Shown: positions 11,945 through 21,659 of the stretch, in pieces | Layout: every line of letters begins with the position of its first letter | How positions within the stretch are numbered: position 1 is the stretch's first letter | DNA from: a virus | DNA: 23,030 nt | Virus genome (UHGV): UHGV-0139916 | Strand: one strand, 5' to 3' | Notes under the pieces: model-generated | What the model was told of the DNA's origin: nothing | Seen by the model: only the letters and a program-made list of their open reading frames with translations | Database searches by the model: none | Made by a program: the position numbers and the translations under genes

Positions 11945-12645
11945 TGGCTGATTCGAATCTCAACACCCCTGTTATTGTGCAGGCGACGCGGCTCGATACA
12001 TCAATCCTTCCACGCAATATATTCAGCCAGTCTTACCTGCTGTATGTCATTAATCAGGGGGCTGATGTCGGCGCAATTGCCGGGAAGGCAAATCAGGCTG
12101 GTCAGGGCGCTTACGATGCTCAGGTGAAAAACGATGAACAGGACGTCGAACTGGCTGATCACGACGCAAGAATCACCGCAAGCACAAAAGCGATAAATCT
12201 ACTTGAGGTCAGGTTAACAACTGCCGAAGGGAAGATAGTCGTACTGCGTAGCGATGTTGATTACTTGCTGGATGAGGTTATCGATATTCAGGCGCATCTG
12301 GTCACTGTTGACCAAAGACTGGATGACGTAGAAAACGATGTCTCTGGCATTAAGAGTGATTACGTATCGAAAACCGTAACCGAATTGCAGTCTCTTGAGT
12401 CACCGCTGGATGTAAAAACATCATATTCAGTTGATGGAATTCAGGTTGTTGGAGCAAGAAATACCGGATGGACTGCAGCCACAGGTACGCCACTTCTTGG
12501 CTCATTCAACGCTAACCAGTCATACACTGTCGGCACTACGTACACGCAATCCGAAGTCGCCGCTCTCGCTACAGGTTTGCAGCAGGCGCGGCAGCGTATT
12601 CTGGCGCTTGAAACGGCACTTAGATTACATGGGCTGATTGACTGA
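11944..12645 (+). CDS. tail needle, P22 gp26-like (233 aa)
   Basis: From ATG 11944: [77 protein letters not shown]... closely matches P22 gp26 as recalled, including the C-terminal ...LRLHGLID. The track's upstream extension (11842) is the 3' end of the gp10-like gene read in another frame. Confidence 0.9.
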   Translation: MADSNLNTPVIVQATRLDTSILPRNIFSQSYLLYVINQGADVGAIAGKANQAGQGAYDAQVKNDEQDVELADHDARITASTKAINLLEVRLTTAEGKIVVLRSDVDYLLDEVIDIQAHLVTVDQRLDDVENDVSGIKSDYVSKTVTELQSLESPLDVKTSYSVDGIQVVGARNTGWTAATGTPLLGSFNANQSYTVGTTYTQSEVAALATGLQQARQRILALETALRLHGLID

Positions 12646-13100
12646 TGATTACATTCAAACCAACGCGAAACATCGACCTGATCGAAGCAGTAGGAAATCA
12701 CCCTGACATCATCGCCGGGAGCAACAACGGTGATGGATACGACTACAAACCTGATTGCCGTTACTTTGAGGTGAACGTGCACGGTCAGTTTGGCGGCATT
12801 GTTTACTATCAGGAGATTCAGCCGCTGACATTCGATTGCCACGCCATGTACCTGCCAGAGGTTCGTGGATTCAGCAAGGAAATCGGGCTGGCGTTCTGGC
12901 GATACATTCTGACTAACACCACTGTTCAGTGTGTCACATCGTTCGCTGCACGCAAATTCCGCCACGGGCAGATGTACTGCGCAATGATTGGCCTTAATCG
13001 TGTAGGAACCATCAAGAAATACTTCAAAGGCGTGGATGACGTGACGTTTTACAGCGCCACACGCGAAGAACTAATCGACTTCCTGAATCACAGGAGATAG
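12645..13100 (+). CDS. P22 gp14-like protein (151 aa)
   Basis: Synteny between the needle and the gp7-like gene; start overlaps the needle stop (TGATG). Sequence not independently recognised. Confidence 0.65.
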   Translation: MITFKPTRNIDLIEAVGNHPDIIAGSNNGDGYDYKPDCRYFEVNVHGQFGGIVYYQEIQPLTFDCHAMYLPEVRGFSKEIGLAFWRYILTNTTVQCVTSFAARKFRHGQMYCAMIGLNRVGTIKKYFKGVDDVTFYSATREELIDFLNHRR

Positions 13101-13102
13101 CC

Positions 13103-13795
13103 ATGTTATATGCATTTAAGCTGGGCAGAAAACTGCGTGGCGAGGAACCTTATTGCCCTGAAAAAGGTGGGAAAGGTGGCAGTTCTGATAAAAGCGCAAA
13201 GTATGCAGCAGAAGCTCAGAAGTATGCCGCAGACCTGCAAAATCAGCAGTTCAACACCATCATGAATAACCTGAAGCCGTTTACTCCTCTGGCTGAGAAG
13301 TATGTCGGCAGCCTCGAGAACTTATCGTCTCTGGAGGGGCAAGGTCAGGCACTTAACCAGTATTACAACTCTCAGCAGTATAAAGACCTTGCAGGTCAGG
13401 CTCGCTATCAGAGTCTGGCGGCAGCGGAAGCAACAGGTGGATTGGGTTCCACCGCAACCAGTAATCAGTTAGCAACAATCGCACCAACGCTTGGTCAGCA
13501 ATGGCTATCTGGACAAATGAACAATTACAACAACCTGGCAAATATCGGTCTTGGCGCTCTTCAGGGGCAGGCAAACGCCGGGCAAACATATGCCAACAAC
13601 ATGAGTCAGATTTCACAGCAAAGCGCGGCGCTGGCTGCGGCAAACGCCAACCGACCGTCAGCATTGCAGCAGGGGGTTAGTGGTGCTGCATCCGGTGCGC
13701 TTTTGGGTGGTGGCATAGCCAGTGCTCTCGAGCTATCAACTCCGTGGGGTGCTGGTATCGGTGCTGGTCTTGGTCTGCTTGGCTCGTTGTTTTAA
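13103..13795 (+). CDS. ejection protein, P22 gp7-like (230 aa)
   Basis: Synteny and length (P22 gp7 about 229 aa); Gly/Ala/Gln-rich C-terminal half. Confidence 0.78.
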   Translation: MLYAFKLGRKLRGEEPYCPEKGGKGGSSDKSAKYAAEAQKYAADLQNQQFNTIMNNLKPFTPLAEKYVGSLENLSSLEGQGQALNQYYNSQQYKDLAGQARYQSLAAAEATGGLGSTATSNQLATIAPTLGQQWLSGQMNNYNNLANIGLGALQGQANAGQTYANNMSQISQQSAALAAANANRPSALQQGVSGAASGALLGGGIASALELSTPWGAGIGAGLGLLGSLF

Positions 13796-13805
13796 GGGGT
13801 AATCA

Positions 13806-15218
13806 ATGGCTACGTGGCAACAGGGTATTAATTCTGGTGGTTTTCTGGCTGGCATTGGTGCGCAAAACGAGAATGCGCCAAAGGCAAGCGACATTAACGC
13901 AACGCTTGGTCTGATCCGCGAAAACAATGAACTGGCTCGATCAGGTGCAAATAACGTTGGTCTGACCGCGTTACGTGGTCTGGCTGGAGTTGCTGATATT
14001 TATAAGCAGGAACAGCAACAGAAAGCTATTAGTGCGTTCAATAAGGTTCACGCTGATGCATGGGCTTCTGGTGATCCATCGGGACTATTTAAGTTTGCCC
14101 AGGAAAATCCAGCGTTTGTTGCACAGGCACAACAGGCGTTTTCCGGTCTTAATGAGCAGCAACGCAACGATATGGGCGATTTAGCCATGAGGGCTAACGT
14201 CGCTCTTTCTCAGGGACCGGAAGCCTACAGTAAATTCATTACTGACAACAAGGACAGGTTAAATCGCGTGGGTGCTAATGCTGACTGGATGATTCAGACA
14301 GGTATCCAGAATCCCGAGCAGCTATCACACATGCTGACTACTATGTCTCTCGGTGCACTTGGGCCAGAAAAGGCGTTTGCTGTTCAGGACAAGATAGCTG
14401 GTCGTGAGATTGACCGAGGCAGGCTGGCAGAGACAATCCGCAGCAATCAGGCTGGCGAGGCGCTAACAGCACGAGGCCAGAACATCACGATGCGCGGTCA
14501 GGACTTATCTGCTTCTACTACGCGACGCGGTCAGGATTTAGCGATGCAGAGAGCATCAATGAAAGGGGCGGTTGGGAATAATGAGCGCACAGTTCAACTA
14601 GCAGACGGAAGAACTGTAACCGTAGGCGGGAAACTTCATGGTGCTGGTGCTAACGCGTTCTACGAAGGTATAGACAATGAGGGGAACATGGTTCGCGTTC
14701 CTGCTGGCTCTATTGCTGCTCCGGCCACGTCGGCAGCAAGCGCGCAGAATTACGCAATGAAGAAAGATCTTGATGCAATTTCTGGTGCATCAATTGACGA
14801 TCTTGGCTTCATGACTGGCATTACAGGCTTTTCAGGTTCTCCTGCTCTTGGTGCAGATATTCGTAGCCGTGCATCTGGTGGTGATCAGAGGAAACTATAC
14901 AACGCTGCACAGCGAATCCAAGGAAAGATGCAGAATCAGGGCATTGCAGCAGCCAGAGACATGGGGGCATCCGGTATCAACACCGTTGCAGAAGCAAAGA
15001 TGTATTTTCAAGGTATGCCACAGGTTGATTTCTCAAGCCCTGAAGCACTGCAACAATCAATGCGCGACATTCAGCAATATACCGACAATTACAACCAGCA
15101 ATATAACGTTAATGTCGGTAATGGAGGGAAGAAATCATCAATGCAACAGCCGCCTACTCAGCAATCAGCAGGAGGTAGCTACACGTCAAAATCAGGCATT
15201 CAATTTACGGTGGAATGA
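13806..15218 (+). CDS. ejection protein, P22 gp20-like (470 aa)
   Basis: Synteny and length (P22 gp20 about 471 aa). Confidence 0.78.
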   Translation: MATWQQGINSGGFLAGIGAQNENAPKASDINATLGLIRENNELARSGANNVGLTALRGLAGVADIYKQEQQQKAISAFNKVHADAWASGDPSGLFKFAQENPAFVAQAQQAFSGLNEQQRNDMGDLAMRANVALSQGPEAYSKFITDNKDRLNRVGANADWMIQTGIQNPEQLSHMLTTMSLGALGPEKAFAVQDKIAGREIDRGRLAETIRSNQAGEALTARGQNITMRGQDLSASTTRRGQDLAMQRASMKGAVGNNERTVQLADGRTVTVGGKLHGAGANAFYEGIDNEGNMVRVPAGSIAAPATSAASAQNYAMKKDLDAISGASIDDLGFMTGITGFSGSPALGADIRSRASGGDQRKLYNAAQRIQGKMQNQGIAAARDMGASGINTVAEAKMYFQGMPQVDFSSPEALQQSMRDIQQYTDNYNQQYNVNVGNGGKKSSMQQPPTQQSAGGSYTSKSGIQFTVE

Positions 15219-17056
15219 TGAAAGTAACTGCAAACGGTAAGACATTTACCTTTCCTGATGGTACGAGCACCGAAGATATTGGCACCGCCATTGATGAGTA
15301 TTTTGCTGGTCAGGCTGTTCAGCAACAAATAGTTAATCAGGCCAATAATGCACCAACACGGGAAGAACCATCATTGATGCAACAAGCTGGCGATTGGCTC
15401 ACTGGTGGTCAAAGTGCAGGGCAAATTGCAGAACAGGCTGGTCGTGGTCTGGTAAACATACCATTTGACGTATTACAGGGCGGCGCAAGTCTGATTAATG
15501 CAATCAGTCAGGGGCTTGGTGGCCCCAAGGTTTTGGATGATGTCTATCGTCCAGTCGATCGACCGACAGACCCCTACGCTCAAGCTGGAGAAACAATTGG
15601 CGGGTATTTAGTTCCAGGAGTTGGAACGGCAGGAAGCATGGCTATTGGATCACTGGCAGAAGCCGCGAACCAGAAAGGCGATTTCGCGCAAAATGCAGCC
15701 ATAAACGCCGGAGTTAACCTTGCCGCTCAGGGTGTTCTTTCCGCAGCAGCAAAGGGAATAGGGCGTGGAATAACTGCTATAAAAGGCGATATCGCGCCAG
15801 AAGTAGCGAAAAAAATTGCCACCTCAGAATCGATGGGCGTGACACCAATGACATCTGATGTTATCCCGCCGAAAAATGCTTTCACTCGCGGACTTACTCA
15901 GGATGCTGAGGGGGCTTTGCTCGGGACAGGCTCAAAGCGAGCGGAGCAATATGCAACGCGTAGTAAGCTGGTAAGCAATTATTTTGACCGTTTTGGTGAG
16001 TACAACCCTGATGATGTGGTGAAATCTCTGACCACCACGTTAAGGGGACGGAAGGAGGCCGCTGGCGCTGTTATCAATGACGTCACCAATAAAATGGGTA
16101 ATGCCGCAGTTGATACCACAAATACCATGAATGCTCTGAATACAGCGATCGCAAGACAGGAACGGCTTGGGACGTCTGCCAATCAAAGCCTGCTTACATC
16201 CTTGCGTAACCTACGTGAAGAATTAGCAAACCCTGCAACTGATTTGGATGTTACGTTTGATCTCCTACGTCAGCACAGAACAGCATTTAGATCTAATGTT
16301 CAGGGGGATGCTATGGTCTTCCCCAACCAGGCAAAAGCAGCTACCAATATGGTAGAGAATGCAATGTCAAAAGACCTTCGTAACGCAGTTGCAAAAAACC
16401 TCGGTGCATCAGACGCAGCAAAATACCTTAAAGCAAATTCCGATTATGCAAACGTTTATAATAAGGTGCTTAATAAAAACATTGCTAACAAGCTCAACAA
16501 GGCAAGCAGTGAAGCCAGTCCTGAACTTATAAATACTGTTGTATTAAGCAGAAAACCATCTGACGTGAAACGAATCTGGAGCGCATTGGATGATAAAGGG
16601 AAAGATGCTATGCGTGCAGCTTACGTCAGCAAAATAGCGGAAAAGGCCGGTGACTCTCCAGCCAAGTTCATCACGGAAGTTAATAAGCTGAAATCTCAGT
16701 CAGGCGGTGAAATTTACAACACTATTTTTTCTGGAAAGCACATGAAAGAACTTGATGCTCTTCATGAAGTTCTACAGCAAACAGCAAGATCAGACACCGC
16801 AAATGTAGTAACTCAGACGGGGCAATCGCAAGCCAACAGGATAAGGACGATTGGCGCAACTACGACTCTTGGCGTATCAATGGGGCTTGAGGCTGGTTTC
16901 GGTGCAATGATGCGCTTGTATGAATCCAAAGCAGCAAGGAATGCGCTCTTACGTCTGGCAAACACTAAAGCTGGAACGCCAGCTTATGAAAGAGCGCTAA
17001 ATCAGGCGGCTACTGCCGTGCGCCCGCTCTTAGTTAACGAAGCTACCCGGCAGTAG
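15215..17056 (+). CDS. ejection protein, P22 gp16-like (613 aa)
   Basis: Synteny and length (P22 gp16 about 609 aa); ATGA start/stop overlap with the preceding gene. Confidence 0.78.
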   Translation: MMKVTANGKTFTFPDGTSTEDIGTAIDEYFAGQAVQQQIVNQANNAPTREEPSLMQQAGDWLTGGQSAGQIAEQAGRGLVNIPFDVLQGGASLINAISQGLGGPKVLDDVYRPVDRPTDPYAQAGETIGGYLVPGVGTAGSMAIGSLAEAANQKGDFAQNAAINAGVNLAAQGVLSAAAKGIGRGITAIKGDIAPEVAKKIATSESMGVTPMTSDVIPPKNAFTRGLTQDAEGALLGTGSKRAEQYATRSKLVSNYFDRFGEYNPDDVVKSLTTTLRGRKEAAGAVINDVTNKMGNAAVDTTNTMNALNTAIARQERLGTSANQSLLTSLRNLREELANPATDLDVTFDLLRQHRTAFRSNVQGDAMVFPNQAKAATNMVENAMSKDLRNAVAKNLGASDAAKYLKANSDYANVYNKVLNKNIANKLNKASSEASPELINTVVLSRKPSDVKRIWSALDDKGKDAMRAAYVSKIAEKAGDSPAKFITEVNKLKSQSGGEIYNTIFSGKHMKELDALHEVLQQTARSDTANVVTQTGQSQANRIRTIGATTTLGVSMGLEAGFGAMMRLYESKAARNALLRLANTKAGTPAYERALNQAATAVRPLLVNEATRQ

Positions 17057-17078
17057 CACTGTAAGCCAAGGACGGCAT

Positions 17079-17573
17079 TTATTTTATAGTTTTTATGAAT
17101 TCTTTATTAAATCCCTTCGCTTCTCCGGGGTATCTTCCGAAGACAATTTTTATAAAAACAGAAAAAATAAAGATAGCAAAGCTTAACAACAATTGCAGTA
17201 TCATTGGAACCCAAAGAACTACAGGCTCTATATTCATGAAACCAAATATTCTTCCGGCGATCATGGCGAAGTACCACACTGTTATCAGCAAACTTAGTGG
17301 CATATGAATTACTGATATTACCAATCCAAGAGCATCAGTAATTCTGTTTTCAAATTTTTCAGGGGAAAACTTTTCTTTAAGGTAATTCAGTGCGCAGGCC
17401 TCATTCTCTGGATTTTCAGCATTTTTCCCTATAGCAATAGAAATCTCAGATATCCTTGATTCAATTCTTTTACGTTTAATAAAACTAGAAAAAAAGAACC
17501 ACGCAATCTGCAACCCTATCCCCAGAAATAGAGTTGCGGCAACTAGCACAGCGTAACTCATAGAATCAGACAC
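17079..17573 (-). CDS. AT-rich integral membrane protein (about 160-164 aa, 3 predicted TM helices); candidate superinfection-exclusion protein at the P22 sieA position
   Basis: Minus-strand ORF. AAGGAGG lies 5 nt upstream of an in-frame GTG (plus 17571-17573); ATG at 17561 is the alternative start. Three hydrophobic segments ([21 protein letters not shown]; [26 protein letters not shown]; [28 protein letters not shown]). The SieA analogy is positional only. Confidence 0.6.
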   Translation of the reverse strand: MSDSMSYAVLVAATLFLGIGLQIAWFFFSSFIKRKRIESRISEISIAIGKNAENPENEACALNYLKEKFSPEKFENRITDALGLVISVIHMPLSLLITVWYFAMIAGRIFGFMNIEPVVLWVPMILQLLLSFAIFIFSVFIKIVFGRYPGEAKGFNKEFIKTIK

Positions 17574-17603
17574 ACCAACCTCCTTAGTTTTGCGCAGGAT
17601 ACC

Positions 17604-17969
17604 ATGAAAAAAGTTAACATTGGAAACGTACCAAAGATGCTCGTTCCGCTCTTTGAGAGCGGTACAATTGTGTTTTGTAGAGACTTTCCAGAATGGCAAC
17701 GCCTGCATCAAAAACTTGGCGTTGACGTGCATGACTCGGACGCCAACGGAGCGTCTCATACAATGAGTAGCGAGAATGGTGTTTTGCATGTGATAGGCGT
17801 GTTCAATGGCAAACTATCTACTATTGCCCATGAGTGCGCTCACATGGCATTCGATATCTGCTCAAGGGTAGGTGTTGATGTTGAACCAGGAAGAGCCAAC
17901 GAGACTTACTGCTACTTAATGAGCAGGCTTGTTGAGTTCTGCGAGCGACATATCAAAAAGCCGGAGTGA
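17604..17969 (+). CDS. hypothetical protein (121 aa) with an HExxH motif ([11 protein letters not shown]); possible small zincin-like metalloprotein
   Basis: ORF divergent from the membrane protein, weak AGGA RBS. The single HECAH motif is followed by acidic residues. No family confidently recognised. Confidence 0.5.
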   Translation: MKKVNIGNVPKMLVPLFESGTIVFCRDFPEWQRLHQKLGVDVHDSDANGASHTMSSENGVLHVIGVFNGKLSTIAHECAHMAFDICSRVGVDVEPGRANETYCYLMSRLVEFCERHIKKPE

Positions 17970-17974
17970 CCGGC
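17955..17974 (-). terminator. stem-loop between convergent genes; terminator for the minus-strand mnt/YjzC-like transcript
   Basis: GCCGG-AGTGA-CCGGC (17960-17974) with AAAAA on the plus strand just 5' (TTTTT on the minus strand after the stem). The stop codon of the plus-strand gene lies in the loop. Confidence 0.5.
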
Positions 17975-17981
17975 TTGATTA

Positions 17982-18161
17982 TTACTTTTTGCTGTCTGGA
18001 GTTCGCTTATCCAATACCCAGACATGACCTGGCTTTGTTGTTGGTGGAAGCCTTTCGTTGTCCTTGACGGTGGCAAAATTGTCTTTCTTACCGCCGCGTG
18101 GGCCAACTTCTTGGTATATTCCGCCGTTTTTTCCTGTGTTTTCACCTGGTTTTTTCGCCAT
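17982..18161 (-). CDS. small Gly/Lys-rich protein (59 aa), YjzC-like
   Basis: ATG at 18161 with GAGGT 5 nt upstream; MAKKPGENTGKNGGIYQEVGPRGGKKDNFATVKDNERLPPTTKPGHVWVLDKRTPDSKK. The family assignment is from memory of the YjzC pattern and is unverified. Confidence 0.5.
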   Translation of the reverse strand: MAKKPGENTGKNGGIYQEVGPRGGKKDNFATVKDNERLPPTTKPGHVWVLDKRTPDSKK

Positions 18162-18254
18162 GATATACCTCAACATACACCCGTTATTGGGCGATTAAAT
18201 ATTGATCTCATTTTATAAGTAGTCAATATGGCCCAAGTAAATGCAAAAATTAAC

Positions 18255-18275
18255 CCACCGTCAGGTGGTTTTTTT
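18255..18275 (+). terminator. plus-strand intrinsic terminator embedded in the 3' codons of mnt
   Basis: CCACC-GTCA-GGTGG followed by seven T on the plus strand. The same bases encode ...KKTT-stop of Mnt on the minus strand. Confidence 0.45.
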
Positions 18276-18512
18276 GTACAAATCCTTCAGCGTATCAAAC
18301 ACCATCTTCTTAACAAGTTCGGACTGCTCATCAGCGATGCGTTCTGCATCGTCTCGATAGCCTGAAATTTTGGATGGCCTTGATACAGCATCAGTCACTA
18401 TCTGAACTAATTCTGAATTAAGAGAGCAGCCATTGGATTTGGCTCGCTGTTTTAGTTTTTCCTTTAATTCGTAAGGTAGCCGCAGATTAAATTGCGGGTC
18501 ATCTCTTCCCAT
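18261..18512 (-). CDS. mnt: Mnt repressor (ribbon-helix-helix, Arc/MetJ fold), 83 aa
   Basis: MGRDDPQFNLRLPYELKEKLKQRAKSNGCSLNSELVQIVTDAVSRPSKISGYRDDAERIADEQSELVKKMVFDTLKDLYKKTT is near-identical in length and sequence to P22 Mnt as recalled (same C-terminal AERLADEQSELVKKMVFDTLKDLYKKTT). Confidence 0.9.
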   Translation of the reverse strand: MGRDDPQFNLRLPYELKEKLKQRAKSNGCSLNSELVQIVTDAVSRPSKISGYRDDAERIADEQSELVKKMVFDTLKDLYKKTT

Positions 18513-18577
18513 TCTTGATGCCTCGCTCTTGTGAGTGGATCGGCATCTTATTATCTGCTGGTTGCATCCTCAATAAT

Positions 18578-18588
18578 ACCACGGTGGT
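18578..18588. promoter_or_regulatory. Mnt-operator-like palindrome ACCAC-G-GTGGT in the mnt/tailspike intergenic region
   Basis: An 11-bp sequence with perfect 5-bp inverted arms, about 70 bp upstream of the mnt start. Its CCACGGTGG core matches what I recall of the P22 mnt operator. Confidence 0.4.
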
Positions 18589-18931
18589 CGTATTTTTTGA
18601 TTGATAATGAATCACTGCGGCGATTCCTTGTATTTGGAGCAAATTAAATGACAGATATTATAAATAGGAATTGTTATTTAATAATGTTTGAAAATAAAAA
18701 TCATGGACGATAGGAATAAAGGTAGTACTTGTTTTTATTTTTGTAAGTGACGCATTAAGCGCATAAATAATATGCCTGTTGATCAAGATTCTTGAGTATT
18801 GTAAAATAATCGTTTTGTTCATGTTGCATGGTTTTTAAATGAATAGAAGGTTATTTTTCAAAACAATTGCATCTTTGTCTGCAGTCATTCCGTTTTCTTC
18901 AATATCTAAATCTTCAAACAGGATGACTAAT

Positions 18932-21430
18932 ATGCCTAATATAACTCCAAATGTTGTGATAGGTATGCCGTCGCAACTCTTCACAATGGCTAGTTCTTTT
19001 AAAACCGTAGCAAATGGAAAAATTTATATCGGTAAGATTGACACAGATCCGCTAAATCCAGAAAACCAGATTCCAGTATATCTGGAACGAGAAGATGGTA
19101 CTTATGTTCAGGTGCCACAGCCAATCGTTATCAATGCTGCTGGATACCCGGTATACAACGGACAGATTTCCAAGTTCGTAACTGTGCAAGGTCATTCTAT
19201 GGCTGTTTATGATGCGTATGGAGCGCAGCAGTTCTATTTTCCTAACGTACTGAAGTATGACCCGGATCAGCTACGGCAGCAATTAGAAGACCCGGATGGT
19301 GCTAAAAAATATTCCGAATTGCAGATTGCACGATGGCGTGATGAAACAGATCCACGTGGCTGGGGAGCAAAAGGTGATGGCATTGCGGATGATACACAGG
19401 CATTTGAACAACTGGAAGATTATGTTACGTCTATGGTTGTTGATATGCGAGGTAAAACTTATTTTACCTCCAGAACGTTTTTCAGGAATACCTATATTAA
19501 CGGGAAATGGTTGGTTGGAGGGAAAGTCATTCCTGTTAATGGTGAACTAGTTACAAGCAAGCGACCTGCATGGGACATTAATGCCATTGGACATGAGTCT
19601 AATGCCGCTATACGGTTTATACCAATTGCTAATGGTCGCGGACAGATAAGAACATTGCAAACTTTTGCATATGATCCTGTAAGCAGAGCTTATTATTCCA
19701 ATCACAATACAGAAATAGATGGAAACCCTACTACTGTTTCTGTCTGGAATAAATATTCTGCTGATTCAAAAATTAAAAATACATCTTCTGATTTTATGCT
19801 TCCTGAGGACAGGCTGGGTCATCAGGGAATAGCGGTACAGAATATAGATAATACGATTAAGTTATGGACTACAGCACCAGATACACCGGCAGGCTCTACT
19901 GCCCATACTGACTTTGATTTTTCTGTAGGTGGTTCACATGGGGTTGTTAGATTTTCCTGGAGGAGCAACTCCGAGGGGGAAATAGATTCTCCTGAAATGT
20001 TTAGGGTTGTAGAAGGAAATCGTACAGCGGGTAGTTCAACTACTCCGACTATTACATTAGACGGAAAATGGATGATTATCCGTTTCACCGACAATGGCGA
20101 ATACAATAAGCAAACGTTTCGTGTATTTTCCACTGATATTTTTGATAAACCCGGTGATTATTCCGCCCTGTGTACTCATGAGTTTACTCTTCAACTTTCA
20201 CAAGTCGGTGGTGATGAAACAACATCACTTAATGGATTTTGTTCTGATGGAGCACATCTGTATATGTATTGTGGAAATACTAAGTTTGGGCAGACTCAAT
20301 ATTTATCAAGTTGTGATCTGTTGGGGAATGATGTGCAGAAAGCCATTTCTAATTTGGGTGATACGGATTTACCTAGAATTATTGGCTCTACCCCTACCTT
20401 CCGCGAGTCAGAAGGGATGCATTTTGTTGATTACGATGGCGTTCTTTATCCATCGGTAACAATAGTATCTGAACATTCTGATGTTATGGGGGCAACCAGA
20501 CGTACCATTCTGATTTATGCGCTTGGTGCAGGAGATAAAAGAACGCTATCTCTACCATCTAAAGAAATATGTATCTCTGATAATCCAGAGGCGGTTCCTC
20601 ATGTAATTTATTCAGATAATACAACCTGGGAACAAAACTCACCTATAAAAGCACTAAAGTTCAACAACGAGCAAGGAACCGGTTTGCTTTATGAATGGCA
20701 GAGAAAAGGCGTTGGTTATTTTCAGATGTATATGAGTACCTCTAATGTAGCATTAATGGCTGCGAATGGGGCTGATTTACATCTAGGAAGTAATAATGTC
20801 TGGAGATGGAAAGTAAGTCCAAATGGTCACTGGCATCCTTATCTGGATAATTCTTACAGTGTTGGTGTACCAGATAACAGGCCAACTCAGATTTATGCTG
20901 TTTCAGGCTCAATAAACACCTCAGATGGTAGGGAAAAAAGCGACCCGCTAACAACGAGTGAACTCAGTCTGAATATGTCCCCTGGTTATGAAGGTGATGC
21001 AATTTTGGATGCATGGGGAGATATCAGGATCGTAGCTTTTCGCTGGCTTGAGGCTATCAGGGAAAAGGGAGATGGTGCCCGCTGGCATTTTGGTGTCATA
21101 GCACAACAGGTGCGAGATGCTTTCCTCGCTCATGGGATTGATGGGACCCGGTTTGGCCTTCTCTGTTACGATGAATGGGATGATAAATACGAGCCAGTGA
21201 TGGCGGTCAGGACGATTACTGAAGTTGTGGATGGTGTCGAAATTGAGAAGGAAGAAGAATACGAAACAGAAGAGCGAACTCTGGTACGCAAGGCCGGAAA
21301 TAGGTGGGGTATCCGTGCTGACCAGTGCTTATGGCTTGAGTCTGCTTATTTGCGTAGAAGAATCGAAAAAATAGAGTCACGTCTTGCAGCGATTGAAAAA
21401 AAACTTTTTGACAATGAATGCAAATTATAA
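18932..21430 (+). CDS. tailspike (832 aa): P22 gp9-type head-binding N-terminus, AT-rich beta-helix-type receptor-binding/glycanase domain, C-terminal intramolecular chaperone (S74-type) domain
   Basis: From ATG 18932, [50 protein letters not shown]...[13 protein letters not shown]...NVLKYDPDQ aligns with the P22 gp9 head-binding domain as recalled. [15 protein letters not shown] motif typical of pectate-lyase-like beta-helix proteins follows. SDGREK at 20921-20938 matches the endosialidase-type autocleavage motif. Confidence 0.9.
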   Translation: MPNITPNVVIGMPSQLFTMASSFKTVANGKIYIGKIDTDPLNPENQIPVYLEREDGTYVQVPQPIVINAAGYPVYNGQISKFVTVQGHSMAVYDAYGAQQFYFPNVLKYDPDQLRQQLEDPDGAKKYSELQIARWRDETDPRGWGAKGDGIADDTQAFEQLEDYVTSMVVDMRGKTYFTSRTFFRNTYINGKWLVGGKVIPVNGELVTSKRPAWDINAIGHESNAAIRFIPIANGRGQIRTLQTFAYDPVSRAYYSNHNTEIDGNPTTVSVWNKYSADSKIKNTSSDFMLPEDRLGHQGIAVQNIDNTIKLWTTAPDTPAGSTAHTDFDFSVGGSHGVVRFSWRSNSEGEIDSPEMFRVVEGNRTAGSSTTPTITLDGKWMIIRFTDNGEYNKQTFRVFSTDIFDKPGDYSALCTHEFTLQLSQVGGDETTSLNGFCSDGAHLYMYCGNTKFGQTQYLSSCDLLGNDVQKAISNLGDTDLPRIIGSTPTFRESEGMHFVDYDGVLYPSVTIVSEHSDVMGATRRTILIYALGAGDKRTLSLPSKEICISDNPEAVPHVIYSDNTTWEQNSPIKALKFNNEQGTGLLYEWQRKGVGYFQMYMSTSNVALMAANGADLHLGSNNVWRWKVSPNGHWHPYLDNSYSVGVPDNRPTQIYAVSGSINTSDGREKSDPLTTSELSLNMSPGYEGDAILDAWGDIRIVAFRWLEAIREKGDGARWHFGVIAQQVRDAFLAHGIDGTRFGLLCYDEWDDKYEPVMAVRTITEVVDGVEIEKEEEYETEERTLVRKAGNRWGIRADQCLWLESAYLRRRIEKIESRLAAIEKKLFDNECKL

Positions 21431-21573
21431 TTCACAGGCAGGGGCGCATATATGTTAAAATATGGTTTGTAACTTGATTTGTTAGATAAGATATGGCTAT
21501 TGATAGTTTTAATTATATCCCATATGGGATGACTACTTTTTACTTTTAATACGAGTGTTTTATCTCTGTATGA

Positions 21574-21615
21574 ACATCGCCATGTTGGATAGTTGATCGT
21601 TCAACATGGCGATGT
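21574..21615. terminator. 14-bp perfect inverted repeat between convergent tailspike and glycosyltransferase genes (candidate bidirectional terminator)
   Basis: ACATCGCCATGTTG (21574-21587), a 14-nt loop, then CAACATGGCGATGT (21602-21615), lying between the two convergent stop codons. Confidence 0.45.
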
Positions 21616-21659
21616 ATAGTAAAAATGTTTTTATAAGAGGATTGATTGTTTTTTATTTA

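Noticed and set aside
17057-17078. Possible terminator between gp16-like and the membrane-protein gene (GCC-AAGGAC-GGC followed by T-rich sequence)
   Set aside because: Only a 3-bp stem; too weak to call with confidence.
17095-17307. Plus-strand 70-aa ORF antisense to the membrane-protein gene
   Set aside because: It lies within the better-supported minus-strand membrane-protein ORF; low-complexity AT-rich translation with no RBS.
18839-18931. N-terminal extension of the tailspike ORF from ATG 18839 ([28 protein letters not shown]...)
   Set aside because: No ribosome-binding site, AT-rich intergenic sequence, and the P22 gp9 head-binding alignment begins at the Met at 18932 ([10 protein letters not shown] versus MTDITANVVV).
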